DNA of 63,119 nt, counting the filler, from Octopus bimaculoides (Eukaryota): the NCBI RefSeq assembly GCF_001194135.2. It is 4 parts of 3 records of this genome, joined end to end, with 100 filler letters (N's around TTAATTAATTAA, not from the genome) between each part and the next. Parts side by side here need not be neighbours in the genome. Positions count along the whole stretch, not along the records: positions 36,396 to 60,668 come from NC_068986.1; 3 more parts are not named here. The stretch is one strand, 5' to 3'. How positions within the stretch are numbered: the stretch's first letter is position 1; each line of letters opens with the position of its first letter. Both the position numbers and the translations under genes were made by a program. Positions 37,626 to 48,908 of the stretch are shown piece by piece. The notes below the pieces were generated by a model that was given only the letters and a program-made list of their open reading frames with translations, ran no database searches and was not told the origin of the DNA.

Positions 37626-38839
37626 GCACACACACACACAAGCACACAGGTGCTGCGCAGTAGGATGCAAAAAGAAGTAGAAGTTTTTGAAAAATGCCTT
37701 TCATCCCTTCGGATGTAATCAACTTGCCCCGCCCCACAAAAATGCCTGTCTTATGCTAAAATTTGAGTTAGGAATTCCTGTTCGGAGTATATTTCATACC
37801 TACTCAACTTTCTACCTCATTTATCGGAATTAAAACGGATTTGGACTTACAGGAATGCAACTTAATACCACACGGTATTTGTATCGGCCGTTCTACTAAT
37901 TCGACCATTCAACTAACCTCACGATTACAATAATAAATGAATTGTGCCCTAGAAAAATGTTCGACAGCTCAAACTTGTGGCTCTGCTTATGGTATTCAGT
38001 CCTCATACCCGCATCCCATCGAAATCATCGCGCGTAAATGAAAAAAAAAAAGATCTCTCAGTCAAGTAAATAAGAGTAGACTTCACGGCTGTCTTTTTGA
38101 TTCATGTGATGGCTCCCAACAAGTGAGAAACAAGATTCCTTCTCTTGGCTTGTCACCATTCTTTGACACTTGAATTATTTGTCTCAAAACCAGATATCGT
38201 TGTAAATGTTGAGGTATGCAACCTGATCTTGTAGACCCAATGGCGCAGCTTGTCGCCATTGCGGAGGAAGAGTGTCATAAAACTGTCGTCTGCATTCAAC
38301 AATATTTTATTTTGAATCAGCAGACGAAGGAAAAAAGATAAGTTTTCGTTTGATCATAATGACTCAGATAAAATCTTAACAAATTCACCCTTTTCCTGAT
38401 CTGTCTCCCAAGCTATGTCACTATAATTGTCTCTTTTCCTCTATATCTATTTTCAATATTTCTCTTCTTGGTACATCCACTCTCTTTCTCCCTCCCTCTT
38501 TCTGTGTGTGAATGTATATTTATTATTCCCACCTCTCTCTCACTCACTCTATCTATCTAGCTATCTCTTACTCTCTCTCTCTCCCTTTCTCTCGCTATCG
38601 TTCCCTCGCTTTCCCGTTCCCTCTCTCATTCCCTCCCTATCGCTCTTTCACTCTCCGTCTCTTCTCAAAACACCTTTTCATTAAATCCTTCTCTTGGTTG
38701 GTTTAAGGAGGCTATTTAGGATAAAATTATCGGATAATTGTAAACGCCAAAAATAAACCCAGTAAGTTGATATCTTTAAGGAAACGACCCGAAACTTCAG
38801 TTATTTCGTCTCCTGTCTTAATAAGAATATACACGTTTT

Positions 38840-38982
38840 GGCATGGCTGTGAGGTAAGAAGTTTGCTTTCCACCCACATAACTCCGGGTTCAGTCCCACT
38901 ATGTGGCACTTCTACTATAGCCGCGGGCCTACCAAAGCCCTGTGAGTACATTTGGTAGACGGAAACTGAAAGAAGCCTGTCG
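38840..38982 (+). mobile_element. SINE family A head/core ending in (TA)n
   Basis: ggcatggctgtgaggtaag...gggttcagtcccact...ggaaactgaaagaagcctgtcg. Confidence 0.8.
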
Positions 38983-39027
38983 TAGATATATAAATATAAT
39001 ATAAATAATATATACATATATATATAT

Positions 39028-39082
<55 letters not shown>

Positions 39083-39194
39083 TTGAAATTATCTTATTAT
39101 TTTACTGGTTTATTTGGTCTTCGTCTTCGCTAATCGTGCCTTGCGGACATTTATTGTGGTTTTGGAGTCAGGATTTGACTGCTATTTTTTAAGC

Positions 39195-39478
39195 ATATAT
39201 GGGTACAGGAAGTCATAAAATGTGTTCAACAAAAAATACAAAGAACGAGTACATGGAACATGAACTATTCTTTCGAACAACGAAAAACACAAATGGAAGA
39301 CAAAACAAACAACACAAAGAACGACCCCTCATCAGTTGTTGGCTGTTTTTCTAGTCTAGTAGCATTTAACAATATACGCTTTCGATAAAACAGTTGCCAC
39401 CGTAAAGCAGATTACATAAAATTTGGGATTTTGCGGCGGGTCAAAATAGGTAACACAAACAGGACAGTGGAAACAAAC
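39195..39478 (-). mobile_element. Dispersed repeat, probable Penelope-like terminal repeat (copy 2)
   Basis: Homologous to 31215-31420. The minus strand contains CGAAA (39384-39380) and CTGATGA (39335-39329). Confidence 0.45.
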
Positions 39479-39635
39479 AGGCGAGCGGGCAGAAACGTTA
39501 GCACGCCGGGCGAAATGCATATCGGTATTTCGTCTGCCGGTACGTTCTGAGTTCGAATTCCTCCGAGGTCGACCTTGCCGTTCATCCCTTCAGGGTCGAT
39601 AAATTAAGTACCAGTTACGCACTGAGATCGATGTA
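39479..39635 (+). mobile_element. SINE family B, 3'-truncated by a fold-back element
   Basis: ggcgagcgggcagaaacgttagc (A box)...gagttcgaattcc (B box)...gaggtcgaccttgcc...ggtcgataaattaagtaccag. Confidence 0.85.
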
Positions 39636-39636
39636 T

Positions 39637-39813
39637 ACTTTCGGTATGCAAATTAGAATATATGTGCGTGTACATATATATATACGTGTGTATATGGCTG
39701 CTTCAGTGTCTGTATATACTTGTATATATACACTCAAGCAGCCAAACTGTTTATATACTCAACAAATGCAGCAGTTACTCTATGAAGGAGTACCTAATTT
39801 GCATACCGAAAGT
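39637..39813. repeat. 177-bp fold-back element with perfect 20-bp terminal inverted repeat
   Basis: actttcggtatgcaaattag (39637-39656) is the exact reverse complement of 39794-39813. An inner imperfect hairpin spans 39696-39743. Confidence 0.8.
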
Positions 39814-40027
39814 GTTTAACACTATAAATACCAGCGACCTGTTAACGGGGATCTTAGTCGTATGTATGTATGTATGTATGTATGTATGTATGTATGGCAC
39901 TGGGTATCTTGCCTCGGCTTGTCTCAGAATTGTGTCAAAAGGTTGGAGAGAGTCTACAAGGTGTCGTGCAAGCCTTGTTCCACCTAAAATTTTACTGACA
40001 TCTTGCCTGGGCATTGCAACTGGAGAG

Positions 40028-40170
40028 CACAGAAATGGCGACTTTTCCTTTCATCTTCAGAGAATCGATAAAATAACGTACCAGTAAAGTGCTGGGGTCG
40101 ATGTAAATCGACTAGCACCCCGCCCTCTTCTAAAAACTGCTAGCCTTGTGTCTAAAATTAGAAAGAATTA
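40028..40170 (+). mobile_element. SINE family B 3' half, diverged (another at ~40668-40790)
   Basis: cgacttttcctttcatc...atcgataaaataacgtaccag...ggggtcgatgtaaatcgact...gccttgtgtctaaaattag. Confidence 0.65.
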
Positions 40171-40242
40171 TACCTGTTTTCTTTGTTGATTTCTTTGAAG
40201 TTGATTGCATTTATTTTAAAAAAACAGGCAATATGTTTCTGT

Positions 40243-40318
<76 letters not shown>

Positions 40319-40536
40319 TAGTGCATGCGAGTGTGGGTGTGCGTGTATTTGTGAGTGTGTGTGTGCGTGCCCATGTGTGTGTTCATGTGTGTGTCCATGT
40401 GTGTGTATCCTTTCGACCTTCTGGAATATATGCATGCGCATACATTCATACATACATACATACATACATACATACATACATACACACATACATATACACA
40501 TGCACATACATACATACATACAAATACACACACACA

Positions 40537-40568
<32 letters not shown>

Positions 40569-40944
40569 CACATATACACATACACACGCACGCATTCATA
40601 CATACATACATACATACATACATACATACATACATACATACATACATACATGCATACATCTCAAGCTGGACATCGCCTTTCATCATTCTGGGATCGATAA
40701 AATCGCACCAGTGAAGTAGTCGAAGTAGTGAGATCGATACAATCGACAATGCCGCCTATCTAAAAAAATTTTGACCTGTGTGTATGTGTTTCAATTTATA
40801 TGTGTGTGTGTGTGGCATACATATGTATATATATATGTATGTATACACACACACACATACATATATATATAAATATATATATATCATGTATATTTATATA
40901 TATATATATATATATATATGCATGTATATATATATATGTGTGTA

Positions 40945-41043
<99 letters not shown>

Positions 41044-41278
41044 ATATATACATACATGACGGCGAATCTTCAACTCCAAACCACATTATATTGAATCAGT
41101 CATACCTGGTTACTAATTAATAATGAAAGAGTCCATATAGGCTAAACTAAGTTACACACACACATATACACAAATAGACACACACACACACATTTACGTA
41201 TGCATATACGTACACACACGCACACACACACACACACACACATACATATAAACGGATATAAACGACAGATATACAATA

Positions 41279-41675
41279 CTCTTTTACTTGTTTCAGTCGT
41301 TTGACTGCGGCCATGCTGGAACACCGCCTTTAGTCGAGCAAATCGACCCCGGGACTTATTCTTTGTAAGCCTAGTACTTATTCTATCGGTTTCTTTTGCC
41401 GAACCGCTAGGTGACGGGGACATAAACACACCAGCATCGGTTGTCAAGCAATGCTAGGGGGACAAACACAGACACACACACATACACACACACACATATA
41501 TATACATATATACGACGGGCTTCTTTCAGTTTCCGTCTGCCAAATCCACTCACAAGGCTTTGGTCGGCCCGAGGCTATCGTAGAAGACACTTGCCCAAGA
41601 TGCCACGCTGTGGGACTGAACCCGGAACTATGCGGTCGGTCAGCAAGCTACTTAACATACAGCCACTCCTGCGCC
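41279..41675 (-). mobile_element. Complete composite SINE family A (~400 bp): tRNA/CORE head + TA/TG microsatellite + LINE-derived tail
   Basis: Head 41675-41513, microsatellite ~41512-41468, tail 41467-41279 ending aaaggcggtgttccagcatggccgcagtcaaacgactgaaacaagtaaaagag. Confidence 0.9.
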
Positions 41676-41992
41676 AATAATAGGTAAATATAAATATAAA
41701 TTTGATAATATATATACACGCGGAAACTGCGTGGAAGCCCGTTAATTGGGCTGTATTTGTAATTTGGAACAGTCAGCTTTACTACGTGAAGGCGCGCGGA
41801 CCGGTTTGTTGTACTGTGTTCTTAGGTAAAACTCTTCATTTCATGTTGCTCCCGTACATTCAGCCGAAAAATTGGCAACCTTGCTACGTGCTAGTATCTC
41901 CTTTTCGGAATGAAAGGGCAGAAATCAGACAACCGATCCTATGATTCCAAGAATTCGAGGTAATACCTTTTTACTTACGTTTTATTTTTACA

Positions 41993-42310
41993 GAGCGGAC
42001 TCACGGTCATAGGATCGCGGTTTCGATTCCCAGACCGGGCGTTGTGAGTGATTATTGAGCGAAAACACCTAAAGCTCCACGAGGCTCTGGCAGGGGATGG
42101 TGGCGAACCCTGCTGTACTCTTTCACCACAACTTTCTCTCACTCTTACTTCCTGTTTCTGTTGTGCCTGAATATCCTCGCGAACTACGTTAAGGGTACAC
42201 GTGTCTGTGGAGTGCTCAGCCACTTGCACGTTAATTTCACGAGCAGGCTGTTCCGTCGATCGGATCAACAGGAACCCTCGACGTCGTAAGCGACGGAGTG
42301 CCAACAACAA
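41993..42310 (+). mobile_element. tRNA-derived SINE family C, 5'-truncated, with (CAA)n tail
   Basis: B box ggtttcgattccc. The body ttgagcgaaaacacctaaagctccacga... is shared with 51712-52017. Unique tail ...cgacggagtgccaacaacaa. Confidence 0.8.
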
Positions 42311-42706
42311 TGTAGGAGTTGTAGTGATAGTGATGATGATGGTGGCGGTGGTGGCAGCAGTGGTAGCAGCAGCAGCAACAGCAGCAGCCGCAGCCGCAGC
42401 AACATCAATAGCGGTGGTGTTAGCTGGGGCGGTGATATTAGTCGTTGATGGTTGGTCTGTGATAAACAATTTAGTCTCGATATACAACAGATGCTTCTAA
42501 TTGGTTTGGACAGAAACATTTTTCGCTTCCAATATGTCTGACTATTGGAAAATCTTACCAGGTACATTTGTGTGATAGTGTGGTTGTAGTTGCGTTTGTA
42601 TATTGGTTTGTTTGAGTAGGTGTGCATGTGTCTGTGCGTATGTGCGTGTGTATGTGTGTGTGTGTGTGTGACATGTGTGTGTGTTTTAAATATATGTGTG
42701 TGTGTG

Positions 42707-42878
42707 TTAAATATATGTATGTATGTTTGTGTGTGTGTTAAATATATGTATGTATGTTTGTGTGTGTGTTAAATATATGTATGTATGTTTGTGTGTGTGT
42801 TAAATATATGTATGTATGNNNNNNNNNNTGTGTGTTAAATATATGTATGTATGTTTGTGTGTGTGTTAAATATATGTA

Positions 42879-42885
<7 letters not shown>
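42707..42885. repeat. 31-bp minisatellite built from a compound microsatellite
   Basis: The unit ttaaatatatgtatgtatgtttgtgtgtgtg starts at 42707, 42738, 42769 and onward; about 6 copies, with a 10-N gap. Confidence 0.9.
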
Positions 42886-42930
<45 letters not shown>

Positions 42931-43164
42931 CGTGTGCGTGCGTCTGTATTTGTGTCTGGGTGTCTGTGGGTGTATGTATTCATATTCTGGAAAGGAAGAG
43001 GAAGAGGGAGGAAGAGAAATATATGTCACTGATATATATATACACACGTATATATAAGAGTATGTACACACACACACATATGCATATACATATATATGTA
43101 TATATTTATGCATATACATACATATGTACATATAAGTTTATGCACACACGGACACTTATAAATG

Positions 43165-43219
<55 letters not shown>

Positions 43220-44843
43220 NNNNNNNNNNNNNNNNNNNNNNNNNNNNNNNNNNNNNNNNNNNNNNNNNNNNNNNNNNNNNNNNNNNNNNNNNNNNNNNNN
43301 NNNNNNNNNNNNNNNNNNNNNNNNNNNNNNNNNNNNNNNNNNNNNNNNNNNNNNNNNNNNNNNNNNNNNNNNNNNNNNNNNNNNNNNNNNNNNNNNNNNN
43401 NNNNNNNNNNNNNNNNNNNNNNNNNNNNNNNNNNNNNNNNNNNNNNNNNNNNNNNNNNNNNNNNNNNNNNNNNNNNNNNNNNNNNNNNNNNNNNNNNNNN
43501 NNNNNNNNNNNNNNNNNNNNNNNNNNNNNNNNNNNNNNNNNNNNNNNNNNNNNNNNNNNNNNNNNNNNNNNNNNNNNNNNNNNNNNNNNNNNNNNNNNNN
43601 NNNNNNNNNNNNNNNNNNNNNNNNNNNNNNNNNNNNNNNNNNNNNNNNNNNNNNNNNNNNNNNNNNNNNNNNNNNNNNNNNNNNNNNNNNNNNNNNNNNN
43701 NNNNNNNNNNNNNNNNNNNNNNNNNNNNNNNNNNNNNNNNNNNNNNNNNNNNNNNNNNNNNNNNNNNNNNNNNNNNNNNNNNNNNNNNNNNNNNNNNNNN
43801 NNNNNNNNNNNNNNNNNNNNNNNNNNNNNNNNNNNNNNNNNNNNNNNNNNNNNNNNNNNNNNNNNNNNNNNNNNNNNNNNNNNNNNNNNNNNNNNNNNNN
43901 NNNNNNNNNNNNNNNNNNNNNNNNNNNNNNNNNNNNNNNNNNNNNNNNNNNNNNNNNNNNNNNNNNNNNNNNNNNNNNNNNNNNNNNNNNNNNNNNNNNN
44001 NNNNATATATATAATATTATATTATATATGTATATGTGTTTGTATGTCTGTATGTATATATGTACGTGTATTTGTTTATGTATGTATTTATAAATGTATG
44101 TATGTGTTTTTATTTTTTACTTTATTTTTCTTTTCTTTCCACTTGTTTCTTTCTATTTTTTTTTCTGTTTTTTTTTTTTTCTTTTTCATGCGATTATCTA
44201 AAATAGTCAATTGAGCTTTCATATTGGGAACACTTGTGGAAAAACCCATGTCATCCAAGATAATATAGCCGATTCGTTATTGATGTTTTAAAGCAGTCTT
44301 CTCTCTCCTCCAAAACATCGTTATTGCTTTACCAAACATTTAACAACCATTTAGGTCACCCATTCTCTTGTGTGACGATTCGATCTCACCACTATATAGA
44401 GAGACAAAGAGAGAAAAAAAAACCATTAAAGGAAACCACTCGACACTTTCAAGTTATTTCGACTGTCCCATCATTTCCACCATTAGTTTCTTCAACGTTT
44501 TCTTCTTTTCATTCTTTAATTCTTACTGTCATTCGTTCTTTCTTTCTTTCTTTCTTCACTTCCATTTTCCTTGTTTGCTCCGATGCGATAATGCTTCATA
44601 ACCGAGAGGCGAGAGAACAACAGTTCTTTATCTTTTGAGCACTTCTGCTGGCAGATAAAATGTAGCGTCTGGGAGAAATCTACTGCTTCGAATTAGGAGG
44701 ACACAATATGGTGGCGGTGGGAATGCGGTACGAACTCCCGACACATCAGAAAAATGGTTTATATCTTTATCATGGTAACGAGGACTATATACTGCTTATA
44801 TACATATAGATAAATAAATGACCACACACACAAATATATGTAA

Positions 44844-44935
<92 letters not shown>

Positions 44936-44937
<2 letters not shown>

Positions 44938-45096
44938 GCGCCGGCGTGGTTGTGAGGCAAAAAGCTTGCTTCCCAACCACATGGTTCCGGGTTCAGTCTA
45001 ACTGCGTAGCATCTTGGGCAAGTGTCATTTAATAGCATCGTGTCGAAAAGAGCCTTGTGACTGGATTTGGTAGACGGAAACTGAAAGAAGCCCGTC
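44936..45096 (+). mobile_element. SINE family A head/core ending in (TA)n
   Basis: ggcgtggttgtgagg...gggttcagtc...atcttgggcaagtgtc...ggaaactgaaagaagcccgtc. Confidence 0.85.
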
Positions 45097-45202
45097 ATAT
45101 ATATATATATATATATATATATGAGTGTGTGCATGTGTATGTATTAAGAATTTATATATATATATACACATATATTAAGATGATATATAGATATATATGT
45201 GC

Positions 45203-45239
<37 letters not shown>

Positions 45240-45922
45240 CACTTTCAAAACTACAATGATTCAATACATGATGTAAAAGGGAGAGAGATTTAATTTCAAC
45301 TAGTTTCTAAAGCGTTAAGCGGATAAGAGATTAATCTCTTCATGGTTAGAAAGTCATTTCTCAGTGAATTCTGGTGCCCATTTCCGACAGCCATATTTAC
45401 CGAAGAGACACATAAAATGGAGTGCTTTGTTCACAGTCGCACACATATCACCAAAATGGCGGCAAATCAATGTAAGTCAATTCAAATTTGAAGAGGCATA
45501 GGAGGGAAGATGACTGATAAATCGGTTTTGCAAAGACGGATTTCTGAGTCAATATGGAAGTGTCTATACAGCTTGACCTGCTAGAAAGAGCAGTCATGTC
45601 TCCACATATAATACGCTTAGTCTGAAAAGAGAAAGAGATGTTGAATGATGCAGTGCTAGATAAACTATCATTAAAAACAAAACCTGGATGACATCGACGA
45701 GAACATCTTTGTTCGTAGTCTATTTAATGAGGGTAGCCTATAACTAAAAAGCAACAACATTGACAACAACAACAACAACACTCACAAGATAAACTGATAA
45801 GGGACTCTCCGCAATACTAATTGATCTGCTAGAAATAGGAGTCAAAACTCTTTGAAACCACACCGTATCATTGTTAAAATGTGAAAAGACGGGAGAGTCA
45901 TAATTTGATCTTATGGACCTTG

Positions 45923-45966
<44 letters not shown>

Positions 45967-46006
45967 CACCACCACCACTACTACTACTACTACTACAACA
46001 ACAACA

Positions 46007-46037
<31 letters not shown>

Positions 46038-46194
46038 TTGTAGCAGTAACAGCAGCAGCAACAACCAACAACAACCAACAACAACCAACAACAACCAAAC
46101 AACAACCAACAACAACCAACAGCAACCAACAACCAACAACCAACAACAACAACACGGAAAATATATAAAAATAGACTTTGTAATTACGGAGTTC

Positions 46195-46846
46195 GGATCT
46201 TGTTCAAAACGGGGGCACCAGTTTTCATTTATGTCTTATTTAGTGTTTTTGGTACCGAAAGACTTTCAAACTTCGTATACTTATCTATTTTGTGTTATAG
46301 AACAGAAAAAAATTTTTGTATTCGGATTTATTTCATGTAAAAAAATTGTCTTATTTCGATAATTTCAACCAATCACTGACAAGTATTCAGCTGTTTACAG
46401 TTACTCCTAAGCGGTGTAAAGCGTATTTAATCTCCATTACTTGACATTTTGCAGAGGCAACACACATGTGTTCGTTTTCCCTAACCCTAACCCTAATTGA
46501 CTTGCTCCTTCCCTCAAAAACCATGCCTTGTGCTTATAATAGAAAGGTTTATTAGCTACTGCCAATATGCTTCAGCCATTTTTTGACAAGGAAATAATAA
46601 TTTTATCACCGCCGAGAATCGTTTGTTTACGTAGTCAGCAGTTAATTTTTACGGCTGAATGGACGTCAGTCATTGGTTGAAATTACAGAAATACGACAAC
46701 TTTAACATGAAATAACTTGCGATGTACGTTTTTTTGTTAAGAAGACTAAGAGAAAAAGATGTTTTGTATGACACATTCTACCAGTGTCCCAAGTTTCAAA
46801 GTGTTTCGTTAAGAAAATACTGTTGCCCCCGTTTTGAACAAGATCC
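46195..46846. mobile_element. Non-autonomous DNA transposon (652 bp) with long imperfect TIRs and an 8-bp TSD; Merlin- or MULE-like
   Basis: Terminal 28 bp GGATCTTGTTCAAAACGGGGGCA(C/A)CAGT match 27/28. CGGAGTTC is duplicated at 46187-46194 and 46847-46854. Arm similarity extends ~200 bp (46361-46394 vs 46651-46684: 28/34). Confidence 0.9.
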
Positions 46847-46867
46847 CGGAGTTCTTGTTATTGTTTT

Positions 46868-47700
46868 GGTATCTTTGTGATTTTCGTCACTGTTTACAAT
46901 TAGCTTTCAAAACATTTTTTAATGTATCATATAGATGTAATTTTTGACGTTGAATCCGAATTTGTTATTCATTTATTCGAGAAAAATTTTGCCAAAATGT
47001 TACAGGTGTAGTTTGATCATTTTCAGAATTTTCAGCCAATGAGAAAACAGAGCATTTGCTGCCTCTTCTGTCATCGGGAGGGCGGGGGTCGGCATGTCAA
47101 AACATTACACCAGCTACAGTGAACTGAAAAACATGAAAATATTCGCGAGCAAATTAAATATTGAAGAGCTACGAGCAAACCAACAGGAGTTGCTAGAAAT
47201 AACAGTCAAAGCATTGCTTAAAACAGACATTAAAAACATTCAAGAGCGGGAGTTTGCAGTACACTCTAGGATTTTATAAAATAAATTATCTTTCTCGTAT
47301 CTCCTTCTCCACATAAATTCACAAAGATAAGAGTCAACCATGGAACGGTGTATCCTACACCGGCGTTTGTTTCCACGCTTTAAAGATGCCCAGGTACTCT
47401 CAATTTGTTAATTACATTCAATTTGATGGTTACACCCCTTGTGCGCATGCACAGCATCTTTGGCTACTATGGAAATAGAGTTATTCGCTACGGTGATGTG
47501 TAAAATACTCGCTTCTTATTGATTAAAATACCCAAATTTCGCAAATTTTAAAAGCTGATAACTTTTTAATTCTCAATTTATAGGGAAAATAAATTTCATT
47601 TTCATAATTAGTATACAAAACTTAATCCATATACCAAATTTGAGAACATTTGGAACAAAATTATAAATAGTCACGAAGACCCCCCCCCCCCCAAAGATCC
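46868..47700. mobile_element. Older TIR element with related GG(T)ATCTTTG termini
   Basis: Left ggtatctttg...ttcgtcactgtttacaatt vs right-end reverse complement ggatctttg...ttcgtgactatttataatt. Flanks ttattgtttt / ttattgttgt match 9/10. Confidence 0.45.
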
Positions 47701-48240
47701 TTATTGTTGTTGTTTAGTCCCATGTGAACCCTGATCGAAGAGACTTACCATCAAAGGTATTCCGGAGGAATCTATCCCGAATTTTCAATATGTGCATAGG
47801 GAGATTGGGCTCCCAATTTCAGCAGATCAAATTAAGAGATAACTCGGACTTACTGTGCCCAAACATTGTAATGGCCAGTGAAATAGTAAATTAAAGTATT
47901 GCTGTTGGTGGTGATACAGAGTGGGGAAGTCTATACTATGTTATACAATGTACTTGATAGAGCATTCATGATTGTCTCGATCAGTCTGATGTCTTCTCTT
48001 GAGACGTCATATTGTTTAATTAATCAATTAATCAATAACCACTTAGATGCTTTGTTGTTGCTGTTGTAGCCGCCAGCGCTGCTATCGATGATGTGTGAAT
48101 GCTTTGATAGAATATACATACATACATACGTACATACATATCTATCTATATAGTATATATATATAGAGATATATAGATATAGATATAGATATAGATATAG
48201 ATATATATACACACACATACGTATATATATAGACGGAGAT

Positions 48241-48445
48241 CTTTTATTTTTTACTTGCTTCAGTGATTGGACTGCGTCCATGCTATAGCAACACTTTGAG
48301 GTACTTTCAGTCGAATGAATCCACCCCAGTACTTTTTTAAAGCCTCGTACTTATTCTACTGGCCCCCTTTTGTCGATCCGCCGGGTGGTGGGGATGTAAA
48401 TACACCAAAACTAGTTGTCAGCCGCTGGCGGGACACAAGCACAAA
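48241..48445 (-). mobile_element. SINE family A tail module, diverged
   Basis: ttttacttgcttcagtgattggactgcgtccatgct...gtacttattcta... is homologous to 41279-41467. Confidence 0.7.
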
Positions 48446-48487
48446 GACGCGCGCGCGCGCGCACATGTGTGTATGTATGTTTCTTCT

Positions 48488-48610
48488 ATTTTTTAGTTAT
48501 TATAAATCTTCCACTGAGGAGGGAGCTGATTTCCAACAACGATACAAGGCGGCATCTTTGGGATGTAGTTAACACAGACAAATTCACATTTGGAACTTGA
48601 GAAAAGTCTT
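48488..48610 (-). mobile_element. 3' UTR fragment of the R4/Dong-type LINE family at 5190-6220
   Basis: atacaaggc...atgta(a/g)ttaacacag(t/a)caaattcacatttggaacttgagaaaagtc is shared with 5192-5296. Confidence 0.7.
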
Positions 48611-48809
48611 GCATATTTTTACTGTTCCACTCACAGATGTTTTAGGCACTTAGCAATCCCTCTCTTTTCAAATACGAAAACTAAAAGAGGTAACACATAT
48701 GCTAGGACATAGTAACCTCCTAAGTAGACCGAGTGCAGATATGATCAGCATATCGGAACCGCTATTAAGGAATAGTAGGAAAATATTAGATTTATAACCC
48801 ATAAATATA

Positions 48810-48876
48810 TACGACGGGTTTCTTTTCAGCCTCCGTCTACTAAATCCACTCTCAAGCACGAGACTATAGTAGAAGA

Positions 48877-48885
<9 letters not shown>
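48810..48885 (-). mobile_element. SINE family A core fragment
   Basis: acgacgggtttcttttcagcctccgtctactaaatccactc...ctatagtagaagacact. Confidence 0.7.

Positions 48886-48908
<23 letters not shown>

Noticed and set aside
38785-38820. cgaaac...gtc hammerhead-like half motif
   Set aside because: No CUGANGA box nearby and no credible stem III.
42310-42480. S/G/A-rich triplet tract (also 45920-46150, 51340-51610, 55750-55860)
   Set aside because: No flanking splice sites and short frames; these look like cryptic simple repeats, one continuing a SINE (CAA)n tail.
46479-46496. (CCCTAA)3 as an interstitial telomere or fusion scar
   Set aside because: It is only three units and is internal to a TSD-flanked MITE.
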